From: a virus
Virus record (IMG/VR): IMGVR_UViG_3300045988_166745
DNA: 52,374 nucleotides
Reading direction: 5' to 3' (one strand)
Shown here: positions 47,951-52,374 of the stretch, piece by piece
Position numbering within the stretch: position 1 is the stretch's first letter
Layout of the letters: each line of letters begins with the position of its first letter
Notes under the pieces: model-generated
The model's input: the letters and a program-made list of their open reading frames with translations, nothing else
Databases searched by the model: none
Told to the model about the DNA's origin: nothing
Made by a program: the position numbers and the translations under genes

Positions 47951-49210
47951 ATGCGTATTTTGAGAGGATTTTTTCGGGGACGAGATCACCCGAAAAACAG
48001 CTACGACAGTCCCAGCTACAGTTACTTCTTCGGACGTTCCAACAGTGGTAAGCGAGTCAATGATCGTACCGCCATGCAGCACACAGTGGTGTATGCCTGT
48101 GTACGGGTTCTGTCAGAAGCGATTGCCCAGCTGCCATTACACGTTTACCAATATACCGATAACGGAAAAGAGCGAGTGCCACAGCATCCGCTCTATTTTT
48201 TGCTCCACGATCAGCCAAATCCGGAAATGACATCTTTCGTATTCCGAGAAACCTTAATGTCCCATCTGCTGATCTACGGCAATGCCTATGCACAGATCAT
48301 CCGAAACGGCAGGGGTGATGTCATTGGTCTGTATCCGCTGATGCCGGATAAAATGAAGGTTGACCGTGATGAGAAAAACCGCTTGATATATATTTACAGC
48401 CGTTATGATGAAGCCAACCCAAACTTGAAACAGCAGGGCGATATTGTTCTGCAGGCAGAAGATGTGCTGCATATTCTCGGACTTGGCTTTGACGGCTTGG
48501 TGGGATATTCGCCGATTGCACTTGCGAAAAATGCGATCGGCATTTCCCTTGCTTGTGAAGACTATGGTTCCACCTTTTTCGCAAATGGAGCCAGCCCGTC
48601 TGGTGTGTTGGAGCATCCGGGTGTCATTAAAAATCCGGAACGGGTACGAGATGCATGGCAGCGTGCCTATGGCGGTTCTAACTCGCATCATACGGCAATT
48701 TTGGAAGAGGGCATGAAGTATACACCGATCTCTATCCCCAACAATGAAGCACAGTTTCTGGAAACCAGAAAGTTTCAGGTAGAGGAAATTGCACGACTGT
48801 ATCGAGTACCACTCCACATGATCGGCGACTTAGACCATGCCACATTTTCTAATGTGGAACATCTGTCATTGGATTTCGTGAAATACAGTCTTGACCCTTG
48901 GATCGTTCGCTGGGAACAGGGACTACAAAAGGCATTGCTTTCCGATTCAGAGAAAGGCAAGTATTTCATCAAGTTTAATGTTGAGGGGCTTTTGCGTGGT
49001 GATTACGCATCGAGAATGCAGGGCTATGCGACTGCCCGACAGAATGGCTGGATGTCTGCCAATGACATTCGGGAACTGGAGGATATGAATATGATTCCTG
49101 ACGAAGAAGGCGGAAATCTCTATCTTGTAAATGGTTCATTTACAAAACTCGCAGATGCAGGTGCATTTGCAAAGAAAAATGAAAAGGAGGAAACGACCCA
49201 TGAAGAATAA
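47951..49210 (+). CDS. Portal protein (HK97 family)
   Basis: …GYSPIALAKNAIGISLACEDYGSTFFANGASPSGVLEHPG…EAQFLETRKFQVEEIARLYRVPLHMIG. Confidence 0.9.
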   Translation: MRILRGFFRGRDHPKNSYDSPSYSYFFGRSNSGKRVNDRTAMQHTVVYACVRVLSEAIAQLPLHVYQYTDNGKERVPQHPLYFLLHDQPNPEMTSFVFRETLMSHLLIYGNAYAQIIRNGRGDVIGLYPLMPDKMKVDRDEKNRLIYIYSRYDEANPNLKQQGDIVLQAEDVLHILGLGFDGLVGYSPIALAKNAIGISLACEDYGSTFFANGASPSGVLEHPGVIKNPERVRDAWQRAYGGSNSHHTAILEEGMKYTPISIPNNEAQFLETRKFQVEEIARLYRVPLHMIGDLDHATFSNVEHLSLDFVKYSLDPWIVRWEQGLQKALLSDSEKGKYFIKFNVEGLLRGDYASRMQGYATARQNGWMSANDIRELEDMNMIPDEEGGNLYLVNGSFTKLADAGAFAKKNEKEETTHEE

Positions 49211-49976
49211 TCGTTTCTGGAACTGGGTACGCAACGAAGAAACCGGTGCATCGGAGATGTATTTGTACGGTGCGATTGCGGAGAGTACATGGTTTGAAGA
49301 TGATGTTACCCCTGCCATGTTCCGCTCGGAACTGCAAAAACACAGCGGTGATGTGACCGTCTTTATCAACTCGCCGGGCGGCGATGTGTTTGCTGCCAGT
49401 CAGATCTATACCATGCTCCGAAACCATCCGGGCAAGGTCACGGTCAAAATTGACGGCATTGCTGCATCAGCGGCTTCTGTGGTGGCGATGGCTGGAGAGG
49501 AAACCTTGATTTCACCGACCGGAATGCTGATGTGCCACAATCCGATGACCTGTGCCATGGGCAACAAGGCAGATATGGAGAAAGCAATCGCACTTCTGGA
49601 CGAAGTCAAGGAATCCATTATCAATGCTTATGCAGAAAAATCGCATCTCAGCCGCAATAAGATTGCAAGGCTGATGGATGAAGAAACGTGGATGAATGCA
49701 GAAAAAGCATTGCAGCTGGGATTTGTGGACGGCATTCTCTTTTCTAAAAAGAATCCGTTTGTGCCAGAAGAAGAACCCGAAAAAACAGATCCAGATGAAG
49801 AAACAGAGGAATCTTCGGAAGAAGATCCGGATGAAAAAAAGAAGGAAAGCACAGCGTCCATGCTGTACACACCATCTAAAACGCTGGATTCTTTTCTGCA
49901 GAAGATTTCTGCAACTGCATCCAAAGGCACGCCGATCAACCAATTGGACAAGCGGCTGGAGCTTTTGAAATATTAA
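49200..49976 (+). CDS. ClpP-like head maturation protease
   Basis: VTVFINSPGGDVFAASQIYTMLRNHPGKVTVKIDGIAASAASVVAMAG, with an acidic C-terminal tail. Confidence 0.9.
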   Translation: MKNNRFWNWVRNEETGASEMYLYGAIAESTWFEDDVTPAMFRSELQKHSGDVTVFINSPGGDVFAASQIYTMLRNHPGKVTVKIDGIAASAASVVAMAGEETLISPTGMLMCHNPMTCAMGNKADMEKAIALLDEVKESIINAYAEKSHLSRNKIARLMDEETWMNAEKALQLGFVDGILFSKKNPFVPEEEPEKTDPDEETEESSEEDPDEKKKESTASMLYTPSKTLDSFLQKISATASKGTPINQLDKRLELLKY

Positions 49977-49998
49977 AACCTATAGGAGGACTGATACT

Positions 49999-51192
49999 AT
50001 GACAATTCAGGAACTGAGAGAAAAGAGAAGCAAGGCATGGGATACTGCCCGTGACTTTTTGGATTCCAAGCGAAATGAAAGCGGTCTGCTTTCGGAAGAA
50101 GACAGCAAGACCTACGATGCCATGGAGCAGCAGATCGTGGCATACGGCAAGGAGATCCAGCGGTTAGAACGACAGGCTCAGATTGAGGCAGAAATGAACA
50201 AGCCGACTTCTACGCCGATTCAGAACAAGCCGAACGCATCCACTCACAGTGATACCAAAACAGGAATTGCATCTGACGAATACCGTACTGCTTTCTGGAA
50301 CAGCATTCGCAGCCGCAATTTTTACGATATTCGGAATGACCTGCAGGTTGGCACGGATACGGAAGGCGGCTATCTTGTGCCGTCTGAATTTGAACGGAAG
50401 CTGGTAGAAGCCCTGACCGAAGAAAACATTTTCCGACAGCTGGCGACTGTCATCAAAACTTCCTCCGGTGATCGAAAGATTCCCATCGTTACTTCTAAGG
50501 GCGAAGCTGCCTGGATGGACGAGGAGGACGCATATAAGCTGTCGGATGATACCTTTGGACAGGCTTCTCTTGGTGCGTACAAGGTGGGAACAGCGATCAA
50601 GATCTCTGAAGAATTGCTGAATGATGCCGCTTTTGATCTGCCGTCTTACATCGCAAAGGAATTTGCAAGAAGAATCGGTGCAAAGGAAGAAGAGGCATTT
50701 TTCGTTGGTGACGGCAAGGGCAAGCCGACCGGTATCTTTGCGGCAATGGGCGGTGCAGAGAGCGGAGCAACAACCAGCACTGCCAATATCACTTTTGATG
50801 ACGTTCTGGAACTGTTCTATTCCCTGAGAAGTCCGTATCGCAAAAAGGCAGTCTGGGTGCTGAACGATTCCACAGTAAAGGCACTTCGTAAGCTGAAGGA
50901 CAGCACTGGCAATTACATCTGGAATCCGTCTGTGCAGGCAGGCGTACCGGATACCATTCTGAATCGTCCGTACTACACTTCCAGTTATGTGCCGGAGATC
51001 AAGGCAGGTGCAAAGTGCCTTGCTTTTGGTGATTTCAGCTATTATTGGATCGGCGACCGTCAGGGACGCTCCTTTAAGCGGCTGAATGAGGTCTTTGCCA
51101 TGAACGGACAGGTTGGATTCCTCGCATCTCAGCGTGTCGATGGCAGATTGATTCTGACCGAAGCGGTAAAGACACTAGGCATGAAAGCGTAA
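49999..51192 (+). CDS. Major capsid protein (HK97 fold) with an N-terminal delta/scaffold region
   Basis: N-terminal coiled coil, then GGYLVPSEFERKLVEAL…FRQLATVIKTSSGDRKIPIV…. Confidence 0.9.
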   Translation: MTIQELREKRSKAWDTARDFLDSKRNESGLLSEEDSKTYDAMEQQIVAYGKEIQRLERQAQIEAEMNKPTSTPIQNKPNASTHSDTKTGIASDEYRTAFWNSIRSRNFYDIRNDLQVGTDTEGGYLVPSEFERKLVEALTEENIFRQLATVIKTSSGDRKIPIVTSKGEAAWMDEEDAYKLSDDTFGQASLGAYKVGTAIKISEELLNDAAFDLPSYIAKEFARRIGAKEEEAFFVGDGKGKPTGIFAAMGGAESGATTSTANITFDDVLELFYSLRSPYRKKAVWVLNDSTVKALRKLKDSTGNYIWNPSVQAGVPDTILNRPYYTSSYVPEIKAGAKCLAFGDFSYYWIGDRQGRSFKRLNEVFAMNGQVGFLASQRVDGRLILTEAVKTLGMKA

Positions 51193-51205
51193 TCAGAGAA
51201 AGGGG

Positions 51206-51487
51206 TTGGAGTGGGTGGTAACATTACAGGAAGTCAAACAGTATCTGCGTGTGGATTTTGAGGACGATGATCCATTGCTGCTTTCCTTGATTTCAACTGC
51301 AAAACAGCTGGTCATGGATGTGGGCAGAATGTGTGAAACACAGCTGGCAGAAAACGAAGATGTGGTGCGGACAGCAATGCTCTACACGGTTTCTTACCTC
51401 TATGAAAACCGCAATACCGCAGACTTTTCCAAGCTGACATTGACGCTTCGTGCCATGCTGTTTGCACAGCGAGAGGATGTGATTTGA
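51206..51487 (+). CDS. Head-tail connector protein (gp6-like)
   Basis: LQEVKQYLRVDFEDDDPLLLSLISTAKQLV… The start codon is uncertain (TTG 51206 or GTG 51215). Confidence 0.75.
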   Translation: MEWVVTLQEVKQYLRVDFEDDDPLLLSLISTAKQLVMDVGRMCETQLAENEDVVRTAMLYTVSYLYENRNTADFSKLTLTLRAMLFAQREDVI

Positions 51488-51834
51488 TGGAAATTGGAAC
51501 ACTCAATCAGCGAATTACCTTTCTGGAGAATCGTGTGGTTACCGATGCAATCGGCAATCACACCGCCGTATGGGACGAAGCTTTTTCCTGCTGGGCAAAA
51601 GTGACTTTGAAAGCTTCTTCGGAGCATACGGACGCTGGTGTGACCAAAGAAACACAAACACTGGAATTCCTCATTCGGCAAAGTCAGCACTGGATGCCGT
51701 CTGTAACAGGCAACCGAATCTTGTTTCGGGATGTCACATACAACATCATCAGTGTTACACCGGATTATCTGCACAAGGATTATCTGAAAATTACTGCAGA
51801 AGCCAGAAAGGCAGGGCAAAATGACCAGTATTGA
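51484..51834 (+). CDS. Head closure/head-tail adaptor protein
   Basis: LNQRITFLENRVVTDAIGNHTAVWDEAFSCWAKV…. Confidence 0.75.
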   Translation: MMEIGTLNQRITFLENRVVTDAIGNHTAVWDEAFSCWAKVTLKASSEHTDAGVTKETQTLEFLIRQSQHWMPSVTGNRILFRDVTYNIISVTPDYLHKDYLKITAEARKAGQNDQY

Positions 51835-52189
51835 CGATCTTGCGGAGGAAATCATGCAGGGCTTGCAGGAATATGCAGACCTTGCGGATACTGCCATGAA
51901 AAAGGCTGTCCGGAAAACCGCCACGCAAGTGAAAAACGAGATTTCCGCCAACGCTCCGGCAGACACGGGAAAGTATGCGAAAAGCTGGGCAACGAAAAAG
52001 ACCAAGGAAAACAGCCATTCTCTTGAAATGACTGTGCATTCTAAAAACAGGTATCAGCTGGCACATCTTTTGGAAAAGGGGCATGCCAAGCGTGGCGGTG
52101 GTCGGGTATCCGGCAAACCGCATATTGCTCCTGCGGAAGAAAACGGTGTGCAGTTGCTGGAGCATTTGATTGAGGGGGCTTTGTCATGA
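51821..52189 (+). CDS. HK97 gp10-family tail-component protein
   Basis: …APADTGKYAKSWATKK…RYQLAHLLEKGHAKRGGG. Confidence 0.75.
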   Translation: MTSIDDLAEEIMQGLQEYADLADTAMKKAVRKTATQVKNEISANAPADTGKYAKSWATKKTKENSHSLEMTVHSKNRYQLAHLLEKGHAKRGGGRVSGKPHIAPAEENGVQLLEHLIEGALS

Positions 52190-52374
52190 CCTACGAACAG
52201 ATCGCAGAAATGATGGAGGAAATGGGACTGCCTTTCGCCTATCATCATTATGCCGAGGGCGAAAGTCCTGAACCGCCTTTTTTGTTGTTTCTCTCTCCCG
52301 GAGAGAGTCCATTTTCTGCAGATAATGTGGCATATTTCAGTTGCAAACAGCTGGACATTGAATTGTACACAGAC
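52186..52374 (+). CDS. N-terminal part of the junction-spanning tail-completion protein (continues at 100-228 in the circular map)
   Basis: ATGA overlap with the gp10-like gene. MTYEQIAEMMEEMGLPFAYHHYAEGESPEPPFLLFLSPGES… runs off the window end in frame. Confidence 0.8.
   Translation, partial: MTYEQIAEMMEEMGLPFAYHHYAEGESPEPPFLLFLSPGESPFSADNVAYFSCKQLDIELYTD
52276..52374. repeat. Terminal direct repeat, copy 2 (identical to 1-99)
   Basis: Same 99 bases as the window start. Unit length 52374-99 = 52275 bp. Confidence 0.95.

Overview
The window is one complete, apparently circular phage genome. Bases 1-99 are identical to 52276-52374, giving a unit length of 52,275 bp, and the junction falls inside a gene. 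Gene content fits a temperate siphovirus of a Gram-positive, probably Clostridia-type, host (GGAGG-type ribosome-binding sites, r1t-type holin, large serine recombinases).

Gene order on the + strand:
- Tail module (1-10938): major tail protein, chaperone with a -1 frameshift, tape measure, Dit, Gp37-like protein and three fibre proteins.
- Lysis cassette (holin 11492, endolysin 13279), interrupted by inserted accessory genes.
- Tandem serine recombinases (18832-21686).
- A long regulatory and non-coding stretch (21687-22978).
- Early and replication genes (22979-38829).
- Late genes: HNH, TerS, a 6.3-kb cargo block, TerL, portal, ClpP protease, HK97 capsid and head-tail connectors (38944-52374).

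Most unusual content:
1. An AT-rich minus-strand operon encoding a controller protein, a C5-methyltransferase, a DUF262 protein and a HEPN protein, with no conventional endonuclease.
2. An amidoligase and gamma-glutamylcyclotransferase module, plus two more DNA methyltransferases, wedged between terS and terL.
3. An ORF-poor, roughly 560-nt hairpin-dense segment that looks like a large structured RNA.
4. Two paralogous cassettes (promoter, leader, mini-ORF, terminator) bracketing the accessory region.
5. A hicA-hicB-xre locus, a GNAT moron and a DUF2829 (Tad2-like) gene.

All family names come from motifs recognised by eye. No database search was run. attP, the host and the true packaging ends were not determined.
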